A DNA stretch of 64,000 bases from the NCBI RefSeq assembly GCF_036321535.1, contig NC_087465.1, positions 18,724,001 to 18,788,000 of the forward strand, given 5' to 3'. The position numbers were made by a program, and so were the translations under genes. Each line of letters opens with the position of its first letter. Within the stretch, counting starts at the first letter, position 1. This stretch comes from Camelus dromedarius. Its lineage: Eukaryota. The notes beneath the pieces were generated by a model, which saw only the letters and a list, made by a program, of their open reading frames with translations, was not told the origin of the DNA and did not search any database. This document shows positions 51,331 through 64,000 of this stretch, one piece after another.

Positions 51331-52082
51331 CTTTTCTTCTTCTTTTTATACCTGTGTATATTTTTTACTTTCTAGTCAATACGAGTTAGTTCAGTGTTTG
51401 TTTTGAGTGGAAAGGCAAAGGTGATTTTTTTTTTGAAAATTCCTAAGAATTTTTCTCACTCTGATTTCATGAATAACCCTGCACCTCACTATTATCTACC
51501 ACGTGAGAAATTCTTACTTATGCCAGGACGTTTGGCTGTCTGTTTCAGCCCACTGGTCCCTACCTAGCTTTGTGTCATTACTGTTTTAACCACTGCAGCA
51601 ATACAGAATATTGCATGTGGTCAATGACTGGTCAAATGAAAACAGAACCTGGCCATCACTTTACTAAACTCTAGAATTACTTCTATTAATTTCTCATTAT
51701 TTAAAATTTCTAGGTATGTGATCAAAATATAATACTTTTATCTCTTCTTTCCCAGCACTTATACATAATATCTTACTGATCTGACCAAGATTTTATTAAA
51801 CAACACTGAATATGAAAGATGACAGTGATCATTCTTTTTTCTTAAAGACACTGAGAAAAGATGCTTCCAAAAGAATTCCCAAAATATTTTGAACGCAAGC
51901 CACTTGAACTTCTGCTGAAAGCCAGGAAATACAATAACTTAACAGCCATACAAGTATTTGTATTTACAACTCTTGTTTGATGGAATCAATTCTTGTAGTT
52001 TTGTTGTTTAAACATTTAATTTTTTATATCTTTAAAAAAATTATTTTTGTGTTCTCTATTTTTAAATATTCTGTTTATTGTT

Positions 52083-52189
52083 TGTTTTTTGTTTTTGTTT
52101 TGGGGGAGGTAATTAGGTTTACTTATTTACTTCAGTGGAGGTACTGGGTATTGAACCCATGCTAAGCACGCACTCCACCCCTGAGCTAT
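52083..52189 (-). mobile_element. Camelid SINE (Vic-1-like) with internal deletion
   Basis: gggggaggtaattaggtttac...ggaggtactgggtattgaaccc|atgctaagcacgc; the ggacctc(g/a)tgca segment seen in the 3622 and 23991 copies is missing. Confidence 0.88.
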
Positions 52190-53334
52190 AAAAAGTTTAA
52201 TTTTTGATGCACTTCATATATCTATTTTAGGCCAAATCTAGCACAACATCTTTTTTTAAAAGCAATTTTTAAATAAAAGTTATGCATGCAGAAAACAGAA
52301 AGTATTTTGTCTTACTTGGTGTCTATAATCAGACGTATGTACCTCTAAATAATGCCCAGGTACTTCTAAATAATGTGGGCAAGTTGACCACAAAACAGGT
52401 GTTAGCAGCTGCCTAGCACCCAGCCGTCTCTACCTCCCTTCCCGCTCCACCCTAGCCCTACTTCCCTGGGACTGCTGTCTCAGAACCCCACACAAGCGAC
52501 CTCACCTCTTTTCCTTACATCACCATTTTTCCTCCCTTCAAAAGATCATGTACAAGCCGTGTTTTCCCTTCCCAACCATCACAAAGCGTCAAAGTCATCA
52601 CAAGAGACTGTTACTCAGTGCACGAGTGCCTTTACCCAGGCTCCCCTGCCATAGTCTGACACTCTTTCCTACATATCTCAGGAAAATCATTCCTCACTTC
52701 ACTCCCTCTGCCAGCTGAAAGGCAAGACAGGCATCAGTAAGACTGCACTATAAGAGCTGAAGTCAAATGAGACTTAATATAGCTTCAGGTCTTTGAGCGT
52801 CTGTGTCATCGAAAAGACCTAAGTTTCCTGTAGACACTCACAAATCTCCACGCCCATTCTCACCCTGTGGGTTCCTCTGATTAAACTTGTTTTTCTCTCT
52901 TCATCAGCATCAAGAGTAAGGAGGCTCATCTTATTGGCTTTTTGTGCTGTTTTACTTGGTTTGAATGAGTGGTACTGGACTGGTTTCAGCTTTTGCTATC
53001 AGAAGGGGACACAGCACCATCACCTGTATGATGCAGTCCTGGAGGGGAGGACAGTGGAGGCGGATGAAGGACAAAGGGGAGAAGCTGGGGTCTTGGAAAC
53101 TATGGCAAAAGCAGCAGCTCTGAGGAATGGTCAACATCACCTATCAAGTCCGAACGAGGGCCAGGACAAAGCAAAGGCCAATGGCAGCTCCAGGGCGTGC
53201 AGTGGTGGGCAGTGGGGCATTCCCGGGGAGTGCGACATGTGTCCAGCTCACTCCTTTGGGGTCATAACAGTACTATAATGCAGAGTTCAGTAGCAACTAA
53301 AAAATGCATCTGGGATTGCACAGGGAAGAATGAG

Positions 53335-53578
53335 TGGTGGTCAGACAGTGTCTAGATCTTGGCCGCTGGGATGGACTGCCTGGGTTGGAATCCTGAATCT
53401 CGTTTTGTTAGCTATTGGATCTTAGCATCTTTCTTCACTTCTCTGGTGCTTTGGTCTCCTTTATCCAGAAAATAGTTATAACGAATCTCATAGGATTATT
53501 GTAAAGACTGAATCCACATATGTAAAGCGTTTGGAACCATGTTTGGTGTATACTGCTACATGTGCATTAGTTATTACT
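53335..53578 (+). mobile_element. MIR SINE
   Basis: gactgcctgggttggaatcctg...ctcataggattattgtaaagactgaa...atgtaaagcgtttggaac. Confidence 0.8.
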
Positions 53579-55149
53579 TCTAAAATCATTATCATTATTA
53601 TTCTTTAGGCAGCAGAGTTTCCAGGTTGAATGAGAAACCCCATATGCCAGATCTGGACACAAACTTGGTGTCTTGCAAAGGACACTAGCACCTGACCGTA
53701 TTCCTAAAATCCAGACAGCTTTAGTTTTCAATGAACAGACTTTCCAAACCCCAACACAAGGAGAGACTTGGAGAGAAAGATGAAAATTATCTAGCTGGCT
53801 TTTCTTTTTCCATTTCTTTGAAGGATGTGCTTCCTGCCAGGTGGCAGGGCTCTCCGTGTGGACAGGTGGGGTGGGGAAAAGACTGACAAACAGTATGTTT
53901 TTAAGAATACATTTTATTGCCAATGTATTACATTTTGGCCACATTATGGGTTAAATTCGCTTTGTTTATTTATTAGCCTTTCAAGTGAACTTAATAGCTT
54001 TGCTTCCATGAGGAAAATGTACACTGAATTCCATTAATAAATGACTTATAACTAAGGACAATTCATTTGTTGGGGAATTTATGTATGTCTGGAAGACATT
54101 TAGCAATATTCTAAAAGGGCCTGCAATAGGATTGCTTGGTAGAAATCCCAGGGAACTTTCAAAGAGCAAAACCCTGTGAGACCAGAAAGCCTGACACCCA
54201 GCCCAGTATCAGCTTAATCAGGTCCCTACTTGCTCCGCTGCAGCCTCTGTATCGGGGCAGGTTAATCCCGGCCATCCAGCTGTATCGCCAAGTCCTACGA
54301 TCATAGCAGCGCCTCCAAAGTTTGCTCAAAATCTGGTTCTCAGCCAGCGCTCAGCCCACACCCTTTACTACTTCCAACTGCGAAACTCAGACTTGATGTT
54401 TGGAAAAACACATTTTAAATCCTCTTTAGAACCATGTTCACTGACTGCGCTGAAAGGCTGAAAGACCGGCCACCTTCTAAACTCATCCAGCCTCAGGGAC
54501 TGCCAGAGCTGGGTGCCGCCTGCAGCCACCAAGAGGGTCCTCTGCCTGGAACCCCTGCCTTACAGAAGAGTCTGTTAGATCATGACTCATGAGGCAAGTG
54601 CAGTCTCCTGGGGCCATTTTTAGTGGGAGCTGCTACAAGGGCACCCTTCCTTCTGAGCACCACTGTAGTTTGAAAAGAAATCTGTAAATTACTAGTGACT
54701 GGCAGGTGTCAGAGGCGCACGGTACCTTTCCTTTTCCCAACACTTTCTCCCAGCCATGAACTTTAGAAAAGCGGAAGTCTCTACCCTTTGGTTCCTTCAG
54801 GCTACTCGGTGTTTGGCTGCAAACTAGGTTGTAAGACAGAAATCACTAACAAATGAAAACCCTGTTTCACCACCAACTCTCCATTTGATTAAAAGGAACA
54901 GCATCACAAAGAACACTGAAATTTGAATTTCTAACAATACTCACATCCAGCAAAAGACAGAAGGTTGGTTTATTTAGGATGGTTCTTGCTAAAGACATGT
55001 CATCTCTAGAGACGGGGTCCAAACGGAAAAACTCAGGTCGCTGTTTCTGGTCTCAGGTTTGAATTTGATGAGTTAAACTCCATCAGTGGTTATTCAATAT
55101 TTACTTACAGAAGTCCTTGTATTAGCCATCAGGAAATAGAATAAAGTAA

Positions 55150-55392
55150 GACAACAATGAATAAATGGCTAACTTCTGTACACTTAACTATATTCCAGGT
55201 ACTTCACAGGCACTTTCTCATTTGAGCCTTACAATAACCCCAGGAAGGAGTTATTATTATCATCACCCCCGTTTATGAGGAAAGAACTGCAGCGAGGAGA
55301 CCTTAAATAACCCGCCCAAGGGTCCAGGGCTGGCAAGTGGCTGGAGGGCTACACGGCAGGCTGACGCAGAGCCCTGGCTGTTAACCACCGAG
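55150..55392 (-). mobile_element. MIR SINE
   Basis: ctcatttgagccttacaataacccc...ttattattatcatcacccccgtttatgaggaa. Confidence 0.75.
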
Positions 55393-56003
55393 TAACACTG
55401 TCTCTCACAGTCCTTGACCCGAGGACTTTAATCTAGAAGCAGTTGACATCTAGAGCCACGATAATGCAAGTACAGACATTAAGGCATGAGGCAGGATAAG
55501 GTAAATATCCCAAAAGGTGCAGACGGCTCTGAGATTCACATCCAATGGGAAGGAGTGGTGAAGCGCTCATGGGGAGACAGGACCTTGGATGGGCTTTGAA
55601 TGATGTTTGGGTCTTAGGTGATGCAAGGATGGTGATGATGATGGAGGAACAGCCAGTCTTCCAGTCTTCCAGGAAGGAACAGTGTGGGTGAGTTCACGAA
55701 GACGGCAGGAGCAGGGAGGGTAACGGCAAATCGCACAGTTTGGCTGGAAGGTGAGGGACACGTGGAGAAGAGGAGGGAGGAGGAGGTGGAAAATACCGCT
55801 GGCAACATGACTGCAGAAAGCGCCTAATTCCAGGCTCAGAAATGTATCCGAAATTTTTCAAAGAGAGGGAAATCATCCCTTTCTTTTTCTAAGTAAGGAA
55901 TCCCCACTGATGGCATGGAATCATAACAGTACTGGAGAGGGAGGGATGGGAGCTGCCAGACTTGGAAGCAGAATGGTTGCTGGGGGAAAAGGAGGACGAT
56001 GGC

Positions 56004-56462
56004 ATGGGCCCCGGGCTGAATGGTCACATCCCCAAAAGAGACATCCATGCCCTACTCCCTGACCTTATTTGGAAAAAAATGTCTTTGCAGATGCAGTTAA
56101 GTTGAGGATCTTGAGATGAGATCATCTTGGATTATCCGTGTGGGCCCTAAATCTAACGATAAGTGTCTTCACAAGAGAAAGTCAGGGGAAGATCTGAGAG
56201 AGGAGAGAAGACATGGAGAAGAAGACAAGGCAACGTGGCAGTGAAGGCAGAGCCTGGAGTGACGAGGCCACAAGTCAAGGACTGACAAGAGGCACGGGAG
56301 ACAGCAAGGGGCCAAGTGTGGCCTCGTCTCCAGGGTCTCCCGAGGGAATAGAGCTCTGCTGGATTCTGGACTTCTGGCCTCCAGAACTATGCGAGAATAC
56401 ATTTCTGTAGTTTTAAGCCACCCAATTTGTGGTCATTTGTTACAGCAGCTCTGGGAACGTAC
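56004..56462 (+). mobile_element. MLT1C/D-type LTR
   Basis: gtctttgcagatgcagttaagttgaggatcttgagatgagatcatcttggattatccg...ggacttctggcctccagaactatgcgagaatacatttctg...ttgttacagcagc. Confidence 0.92.
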
Positions 56463-57009
56463 AGAAGCATTCTTACTATGAGGTAGAAAAATCTGGAAGA
56501 GAGCTGATTTAGAGAAATGCTTAGAAACTGACCAATATAATGTATACAGTTTGCAGAAAAAATTTGGCACGTAGGCTAAGACAGTAAGTTGGGCAGAAAA
56601 AACAGGGCAGAATCTTTTCCTTTCCTACATCCCAGCTTATTATCATTAGTTTGGTTAAAACCTGTTAGTTTTTTTTTTTTTTGCATTTCAATAGAACTAG
56701 CTTTATTATTATTATTTTAAAACAAAAGAAATGGTCTAAAAGCAAATACAGATATGTACCAAGGGATGGATGTGACCTGGTACTTACAAAGGAGCTGTTG
56801 TGTCGCAAATGAAAACAGTATGTTAGGAGAGAAGAACCTTTCAGGTGCCGTCTGCTTGAATAATCTGGAGACGCAAGCTTGTCTGTCTAGGTGCATGTTA
56901 CGTGCGCGTGGACCCCCGTCTCCAGGTTCTGATTCCTTTGGTCTGGGATGGGCTCAGAAGTGGTTTCGAAAGCATCCCAGGAGAGTCTGACACAAGCGAT
57001 CCTTTAACA

Positions 57010-57311
57010 CAGGGGTCAGCAAGCTTTTTCTATGAAGGGCTGGATTGTAAATATTTTAGGATTTACGTGCCATGAAGTGTCTGCTGCAAGTACCGGAATC
57101 TGCTACTGTGGCAGAAAAGCAGCCGTGGACGACATACGACAAATGAGAAGGAAAGGTTTGTGACGCACACCGAAATTTGAATTTCATAGAATTTTCCATG
57201 TGTCATGAAATATTATTCTGTAAAAACATGTCCTCCCCTCAACTATTTAACAATCTACGAAAACAGGTGGTGAGCCAGATTTGGTCCACGGGCCGTAGTT
57301 TGCCAATCCTA
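57010..57311 (+). mobile_element. MER58B-type hAT MITE
   Basis: caggggtcagcaagctttttctatgaagggc...gaaatttgaatttcatag...ttggtccacgggccgtagtttgccaatcct. Confidence 0.88.
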
Positions 57312-57994
57312 GCGTTCACATGCTGTGGTTTGCAAATTGCTGCTTTAAATGTTAGAGCTGAGTTTTTTTGTTTTTTTGTTTTTCCCAAGCCAGTGGCATG
57401 TCATGAAGCAGCAGGAGAGAGAGGAGGACTGAACAGCTGATGAACCAGGACCATGCCCAGCGTGCTGGCAGCCTCTTCCAAAGCAGCAGCCCATGATGTG
57501 CAACCACAGTGTAAAAGGGTGCCACTCATGGGAACGTGACCCTCCAGGCATGCTGTGGACTTAAAAATCAACGGAAAGCCATCGTGTTGGAGCAGTGATG
57601 GGCAGTCCCAGTGTAGGGACTGTAGCCTATGCGAGAAAGCCTGGTTTCCTCTGCTTTCACGCCGCCGCTTTTTCTCCCATTGAAGAATGTCTCAGAGGAT
57701 GGAGGCAAGGGAGGGAGAGGGAAGACAGTCTCAAATTCACTCTAATTTTTAAGCCCTTCATAAATTCCAATGTGTTAAATGCAATTAGCAACAAATAAAT
57801 TTCAATGTATTTCACAATGGTGGCTTGTGACCTGCCACCAAAATTATTAGAGAATTGTGACTCAGAGAAAGCAGGTTGCCTTCTCCATTCCTGGCCAACC
57901 ATCACTGCTGTCTCCTGTCTGTACCTCTGGCTTCGAGTTAGTGCAGCTGGGGTAGATTTATTTGCAAGCTTCCTCTGTCTGGGTCACAGACACA

Positions 57995-58410
57995 AGCAAG
58001 GACACATAACAGAAATCCACGACAGAACCAAGTTTCAACAAGACCTCAACAGGCTGGAACTCTCAGCTCAAAATAATAAGATGAAATTTAACTAGGACAA
58101 ATGTAATTGTCTGCATTTACATTTAAAGAGATTCGATTATAAAAGCACAAGTCGGAGGAGAGACTTTATGAGCAGCTGTGCGATGCACAAGTTCACAGAA
58201 TAAAGGCCTCAGGGATGTTTTTAACCACAGTCTCCACAAGAGCTAGTGAGATGGAGCTGCTAAAGTACTTAATATAATTTTTTGGCCGCATTAACGCAAT
58301 TACAATGTCGAGATGAATAAGAGTCCACGGTACTCTGAAATAATCAGATGACGTGTAGAGTCCCTCGGCAATTCTGGGCTTTCAGTTTGAAAAGGGACGT
58401 TAAAATAAAA
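57995..58410 (+). mobile_element. L3/CR1 LINE reverse-transcriptase fragment
   Basis: Translates DRTKFQQDLNRLELSAQNNKMKFN (compare CR1 RT D-L--W---N-MKFN-DKCKVLH); collinear downstream L3-like sequence. Confidence 0.85.
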
Positions 58411-58959
58411 TAGTAGGAAAGGTTATTTAGTAACGGGTGTGTAAAGGGGAGGAAGACGGGGGTAAGAGAGAGACTGAAAAATACATTTCACTGAGAATAT
58501 CTGAAGGGGCTGGAGATGTCAGCAGTGCTTTTGAGGAAGGACTTGGAAATATTTAGAAATGAAAGAAGTATCACATTTTGAAGGTTAAACTGCACAATTA
58601 AAGCAAAATGGGTCAAAGCTATACATGTACAAAGTCTGTACATTTGGAAAGCAGACCTGAAGGTATCAGATGGAACGTAATGTGTGCTCCAACAGAGGCG
58701 TGGATGTCTACCAGGAAACGGGGACAAAAGCGAGAGTGACAGAAGCAGACGACTGTCCGTCTGGCACTGCCCAGGGAGAGGGGCCCGTCCATCTCAGAGG
58801 GGTGAGCACAGTCTATTCAAACTGGGTTTTGAAGCCATCCCACATTTAAACCACACAACTTCAGTCTCTGCTTGTTCTTACCCCATGTTCTAGCAACATG
58901 GTTAACCTTGGGGTAATCTGACCTCTATTCAGCTTGCCTACTGGGAGACGATGTAGTAT

Positions 58960-60245
58960 ATTTCTTATTTTAAAAATTAATAAGCTTTATTTAAAAAAAA
59001 TAGTTTCAGGTTCACAGCCAAATTGAGTGAAAAGTACGGAGTTCACACACACCCTCTGCCCCCCACACGTGGACAACCTCACCTGCTAACCACATCCCCC
59101 ACCACAGTGGTGCATCTGTTACACTCAATGAATCAACATTCACACATAATTATCACCACAAAGTCCATAGTTTATATTAGGGTTCATTCTTGGCATTGTA
59201 CATTCCATGGATTTTCACAACAGCACGATGACCTGTATTCACTCTTGTAGTATCGTTCAGTATAGGTTTGCTCCTAAAAATCTTCTATGCCTCACCTATT
59301 CATCTGTCCCTTATCCCTTGAAACCACTGATCTTCCTACTGCCCCATGGTTTTGCCTTTTCCAGACTGTCCTATAGTTAGAACCATTGAGCACGTAGCCT
59401 TTGGCTTCTTTCACGTAGTAACATGCATTCAGTTTCCTCCACATCTTTTCATGGCTTGATAGCTCATTTCTCCTCAGTGCTGAATAACATCCCACTGTCT
59501 GGATGAATCACAGTTTATTCATCCATTCATCGACTGAACGACATCTTGGTTGCTTCCAAGTTTTAGAAATCACAAATAAAGTTGCTATAAACATCTGTGT
59601 GCATGTTTCTGGGTGAACACAAGTTCTGAACTACTTTGGGTGAATACCAAGGAGTATGACTGCTGGATCATATGGTAAGAGTATGTTAATTTCTGTAACA
59701 AACTNNNNNNNNNNNNNNNNNNNNNNNNNNNNNNNNNNNNNNNNNNNNNNNNNNNNNNNNNNNNNNNNNNNNNNNNNNNNNNNNNNNNNNNNNNNNNNNN
59801 NNNNNNNNNNNNNNNNNNNNNNNNNNNNNNNNNNNNNNNNNNNNNNNNNNNNNNNNNNNNNNNNNNNNNNNNNNNNTGCAATTCCCCAGTGCAATGTGGA
59901 ACATCTTTTCTTATGCTTATTTGCCATCTACGTATCTTCTTTAGTGAGGTGTCTGCTAAGGTCTTTTGCCCATTTTTAAATTGGGTTGCTTCTTTTCTTA
60001 GTATTGAGTTTTAAAAGTTCTTTGCATATTTTGGATAAAAGTCCTTTATCAGATATGCCTTTGCAAATATTTTTCCCCAGTCTGTGATTTGTCTTCTCAT
60101 TCTCTTATCATCGCCTTTCACAGTGCAGAAGTTTTCCATTTTAATGAGGTCTAGCTTATCAATTACTTCTTTCACGTATTGTGCCCTTTGGTTTTGTACC
60201 TAAAAGGCAGCACCATACCTAAGGTCTTCCAGCTTTTCTCCTAGG
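58960..60245 (-). mobile_element. L1MD/L1MC-type LINE 3' portion spanning an assembly gap
   Basis: aggttcacagccaaattgag...gggttcattcttggc...catcttggttgcttccaagtttt...tttgcaaatattttccccagtctgtg. Confidence 0.9.
59705..59876. other. Assembly gap (172 N)
   Basis: Run of n. Confidence 1.
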
Positions 60246-60249
60246 AATC

Positions 60250-61440
60250 TTTAAAAAAAAAATAAACTTTGCTTTTTAGAACAGTTTGAGATTTACAGAA
60301 AAACTGAAAAGATAGTACAGAGGTCTTCTAAAGCCCAGCATCCAGTTTCCCCTACTTACATTAATACGATACTTATGAAACATTTAATAATTGAGTATCG
60401 ATACATTCTCATTTACTGAAGTCCATAACTGATTCAGAATTTCTTAGTTTTTCTAACGTCCTTTCTCTGTTCTGGTATCCTCGCCAGGACACCAACGCTA
60501 AATTCAGTCATGATGTCTCCTTAGGCTCCTCTTGGCTGTGACAGTTTCTCAGACTTTCCTTGCTTCAAGACCTTACAGTTTTAAGGAGTGCAGGTCAAGT
60601 ATTTCATAGACTTCACATCTGGGATTTGTATGATGTTTTTTGCATGGTTATCCTGGGGTTATTGGATTTGGGGAAGAAGATCACGGAAGAAAAATGACAT
60701 TTTCGTCACATCATATCAAGTACTAGCACAAGTCCATCACACTAGTAACATGGCTTGTCAGTGCTGATGATGACCCTGATTCCCTGGCTGAACTGTATTT
60801 GCTAGGCTTCACTGTAAAGTTACCAATCTGTCCTCATTTCTATACTGTACTCTTTGGAAGGACGTCATTTTCTGAGCAGCCTCTACTGAAGGAGTGGAGA
60901 ATTATCCTCTATGTCCTTGAGGTGGGAGTATTTACATAAATTCCTTTGAATTCTTCTGCCAAGAGATTTGTTTACTTTCTCCCTTGTAACTGATTTATCA
61001 AATTGTTTATTTATATACATACATGGACTCGTGGATATTTATTGCACATTTTGGATTATCATCCAATTCTGCTTTATTTTGTTGCTTTAATTGTTTCTGC
61101 TTTGTACACTGGAAGCTCTTTCTGTTGAACCTGGGCCCCTTTGATGTGCACCCAGCAATGTGATTTGGTTTTGTTTCCTTTGTTTGTGTCTTTTTTTTAC
61201 TTCCTTACTTTCTGGCATGATGAGATTCTCCAGGCTCATCTTGTATATTTCTTGTCTCAGTCCTAGAATCAGTCATTTCTTCCAACCCTCGGTTCCTTTT
61301 ACTAGAGAACCAAATGGAAAACCCAGATATGAGCGCGAGGTGTGCTTGCTGCTGCTGGCGTGCTGTTGCTTCCAGGCCATCTCAGCTGACAGAGGAAGGA
61401 AATCTATGTGTGTCCACTAACCCGCAGATCCAAGCATATC
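60250..61440 (-). mobile_element. Second L1MC-type 3' end
   Basis: tttttagaacagtttgagatttacagaaaaactg...gtctccttaggctcctcttggctgtgacagtttctcagactttcc. Confidence 0.85.
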
Positions 61441-63821
61441 TATAGATGTAACACCTGCATTTAAAGCCCCTGCTCATGTGAGTTGCCTAGGTGCTGAGTC
61501 ACACGCAGGTATCTGGTCACCTCTGAGAGGTATCCAGCTTTTGCATCTGCCTGAAGCCCACCGCCCTGCTACACTGCCATGCACTACCCCTCCCTCGCTT
61601 CAGACATCCATGGGGATTTTTCGTCTGGAGAATAAAATATTTGGAAAGATATAATAGTTGCAATCAAATATTTGAGTATGTGTCACATGAAAGAGAGATA
61701 ATTTGGGGTTGCTCCACAGGGCAGAACCAGAACCAACCATTAAGTTTTACGGAAGACAATTTGAAGTTAACATTAAGAAAAAAATCTGTAAAAATCAGAC
61801 CTTTATTTTAAAAAGGAACGAGCTGGTTCCAAAAAGTCATAAACTCTGTATAGATAGATGTGCTCAGAGATTGGGTCACCATCAGCTTGTCCAGTCCACC
61901 GGGATGTTGTGGTGGAGATTTTCACGGGGTCATATACTGGACTCACTGATAGCCATGTCTCCTAACACAAAAACGTCTTAACCTATAATAAGAGCTGCTT
62001 AAAAAAAAAAAAAAAGATCTTAAATTCCAAGACCACAATCTAATCCCAAAAGATTAGAATTTATCATCAAGAAATGGATAAATAAGACTCCCGATTACTA
62101 TCAGACGAAAAGAACGTATTTTCGTGAGTCTCCTTTAGTTGTAAAATACAGAAGTAAAATATACGAAAGAACAGAAGAGTCTTGTTTTCATTGAATAAGT
62201 GTGACTGAAGGAGAGGTGGACAGTATCCACTCTAATTGTTAAGATTACAGCAAATATTTGAACCATTGCAATAACCTCTCACAGAGAGAAGATTTAAAGC
62301 GCAGTTTTACACCTGCTGCACTCTGTGTGCCAGTTCATCTGATGAGAAGCTTCTGGGATTGCATCCAAGGAAGTCAGGCAATTCTGAACACCTTTTTCAG
62401 AAGTGCTGCCGGATTTTTTTTTTTTTCTCTTTACCTCTCCTTTTCCTCAAAAAAGTGTGCGGACGGGAGCACGGGTAGGTACATACACACATACGCTTTC
62501 ACTCTCCTTAAATAAGTGATAAAGATCTAATCATCTCACCGACTCATCACTGGCAACCCAGATGTTCCTACTCAAGAAAAGCATAACACAAACCCCACAA
62601 CGATTAGGAGATGAAAGAGCTCTCTAAGGTAAGCTTTTAATAAACACAGCCGTGGCATCCTGTGACAGGTCGCCGTATTTAAACATGCAGAATGAAACCA
62701 TCAGGAATTTAAATGAAAAAGATGTATTTCAACTGAGTCAATGAGAATGGCTGACTCATCTCATTAAAAACAAATTTTTTTTTAATAGCAAGGCACATAT
62801 TTACTGCCTTGTGTTCATCCCTTTCCAGGAAATTTTCCAGTAATAGCAATCCCAACTCAGTCCCATTCTCCATCCCTCCCATTTCTGGAGTCTGTGGTCC
62901 ACAACGGAGCTTGCGCCTGAAAACGACCAACGAGTGCCACCCGTATGTTGTGACAGTTCTATCCAAAGAGATGTTGGGAAGGCGTGAGGCAGTCTTCAGG
63001 GAAGGGACATTCAGGGAAAGCTCTTTAAAAGGGGAAACTCAACTTTTCACCTTTTGCCCTTTGCCTTTCCTCTCATCTCTGCCTGGAGAAAGGTGTTATA
63101 TCGGAAGCTACAGAAAAGGATCCTGGATGACAGCCACCAATGAAAGAACATGGAGAGAGATGTCACAAGAAGCGTGGGCTTCCTATGACATCAGGACCTG
63201 CCATATCAACTGTGAAGTGGTTCTTTGAGGCTTCTTGTTACATGACGAGGGGAAAAAAACTAATTTGCTTAAGCCACTCTACATGTTTCTACTACATGTT
63301 GCCAAACCAATTTTACCTAGAAAAATAATGTTGAGCACCCTTAAGTAATTTAAAAATACCCACTTGAAAACAGCAAATAGACTAACCACTACCTAACTAT
63401 TCTTACAGCAGGTCTCCTAAGGACCTCCACTCTGAAATACTGCTGTCTGAGTTTGAATACATACGTGCTCCTGAAAGTTAACGTACTGTTTTCATCAAGA
63501 ATAGTTTAAAATTAAAGTGGCCATTGTTTGGGGGACACTGGATGCCAAAGCATTACAAAGTGTTACAGTCAAATGAGATGCTATTAGATGCGTCTCAATT
63601 AGTTTCAGTTACTGAGCTTCCCTAGACGAGGACACACGGCTGGACCCAAGGGAAAATGGCGGTACACATCCTCCAAGAACACTCATTAGGAAGAAGCCAG
63701 AGTGACTGTGAAAGACACAGACGGCACTTTTAGTGATAGTTTTAAAGGGATGAGATGATTAAAAACTGGCCTAACGTTCTGAGGAGCTTTGATGTACAGC
63801 ACCTACATCAACATGTGCTTC

Positions 63822-64000
63822 TTTTTTAAAATTATAATCAGTTTACCGTGTTGTGTCCATGTCTGGTGTACAGACAGTCATGCATATACACACATATATT
63901 CCTTTTCATATTCTTTTTCGTTATAGGTGGTTACAAGATATTGAATAGAGTTCCCTGTGCTATACAGGAGGTCCTTGTTGTTTATCTATTTTATGTATAG
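63822..64000 (-). mobile_element. Artiodactyl-type L1 3' end (runs off the window)
   Basis: ggttacaagatattgaatagagttccctgtgctatacaggaggtccttgttg. Confidence 0.9.

Noticed and set aside
1-64000. CRISPR arrays, operons, rRNA/tRNA genes or other prokaryotic systems
   Set aside because: No regularly spaced repeats and no gene-dense regions; the window is eukaryotic, repeat-rich and non-coding.

Overview
This is mammalian genomic DNA, most likely camelid (alpaca, llama or camel). The basis is four copies of a tRNA-derived SINE resembling the camelid Vic-1 family, plus five artiodactyl-type L1 3' tails. It comes from a draft assembly with two N gaps. I recognise no protein-coding gene, and the listed ORFs mostly lie in repeats, in GC-rich DNA or across N gaps. 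Much of the window is interspersed repeat: L1, L2, L3/CR1, MIR, MaLR/ERV solo LTRs, hAT/mariner MITEs and a Charlie transposase fossil. The main non-repeat signals are (1) one small CpG island at ~23.2-23.5 kb followed by ATG-AAG and a strong splice donor, (2) a candidate 46-codon exon with strong Kozak and perfect donor at 44.7-44.9 kb, and (3) motif clusters (three E-boxes at 8-bp period, a MEF2 site, AP-1/ARE sites). Several repeat-derived oddities are visible directly: a ~95-bp inverted repeat in an MLT2 LTR, a locally templated insertion inside an L1, a SINE with a second tail, and very short L1-type insertions with intact target-site duplications (TSDs). I found no convincing evidence of a new multi-gene system. 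Repeat subfamily names come from recalled consensus sequences and need RepeatMasker/Dfam confirmation; repeat boundaries are approximate unless a TSD is given.
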